From Bacteroidota bacterium (GTDB taxonomy: Bacteria > Bacteroidota > Bacteroidia > Chitinophagales > Saprospiraceae): a DNA stretch of 47,567 nt. The position numbers were made by a program, and so were the translations under genes. The DNA lies in the NCBI GenBank assembly GCA_024276375.1, contig JAJRXG010000290.1, positions 1-47,567 of the forward strand, written 5' to 3'. Shown here in pieces: positions 47,457-47,567 of this stretch. Every line of letters starts with the position of its first letter. Within the stretch, counting starts at the first letter, position 1. The notes under the pieces are model-generated. The model had not been told where the DNA came from and searched no databases. It saw only the letters and a list, made by a program, of their open reading frames with translations.

Positions 47457-47567
47457 TAGAAACGGATGGTAACACCACTAATATAAAGATAGATCCCAAT
47501 TATTCGTCTACCAAAGAGTTGGAATCAGAAGCTCTTCTACTAACTCATGCTCTATTTAAAAACAGAA

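Overview
This 47.6-kb window looks like chromosome from an AT-rich, Bacteroidota-type genome. Supporting signs are TAnnTTTG-type -7 promoter boxes, a TonB-dependent receptor with a carboxypeptidase-regulatory-like N-terminus, tight ATGA-type gene coupling and a BlaI/BlaR1 pair. I call about 40 protein genes. I saw no rRNA, tRNA, CRISPR array or full-length IS.

- **Left part (0-20 kb): housekeeping and metabolism.** It holds a class V PLP enzyme, a split HdrD-like Fe-S/CCG membrane complex and a PyrR-like phosphoribosyltransferase. It also holds a TonB-dependent receptor, a trans-sulfuration PLP enzyme, a nucleoside:H+ symporter, an SF1 helicase, typA and dapF.
- **Centre (20.2-35.3 kb): one co-directional, tightly packed surface-glycan locus.** The order is gmd-fcl, a fused PglK/MsbA-like ABC exporter, then a pseudaminic acid pathway: pseB, pseC, pseF, pseG, formyltransferase, pseI. 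After these come a GT-B-like protein with an HP motif, a SAM methyltransferase, an AsnB-like amidotransferase and a GT4-like glycosyltransferase.
- **Right part (35-47.6 kb).** It holds a tail-fibre-like repeat protein, a decayed LamG-like gene and an EEP-family hydrolase. An SDR plus membrane-protein pair, an M49-like metallopeptidase, an SDR, a PLP decarboxylase and a BlaI/BlaR1-like module follow.

The main second-look items are:

1. A 161-bp MITE with perfect 13-bp terminal inverted repeats and an 8-bp target-site duplication sits about 50 bp upstream of gmd.
2. pseC carries an in-frame TGA inside an otherwise intact operon.
3. A formyltransferase sits where the PseH acetyltransferase is expected, with amidotransferase and methyltransferase tailoring genes downstream.
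4. G+C drops sharply in the distal half of the glycan locus.
5. Two unexplained GC-rich structured islands lie near the left end. One sits between a secreted six-cysteine mini-protein gene and a T11 run.
6. A family of repeats occupies a 615-bp intergenic region.
7. The BlaR1-like sensor is broken by a frameshift at an A7 tract.

I found no defence or toxin system that I could support. The modified nonulosonic-acid locus is the most system-like candidate for novelty.
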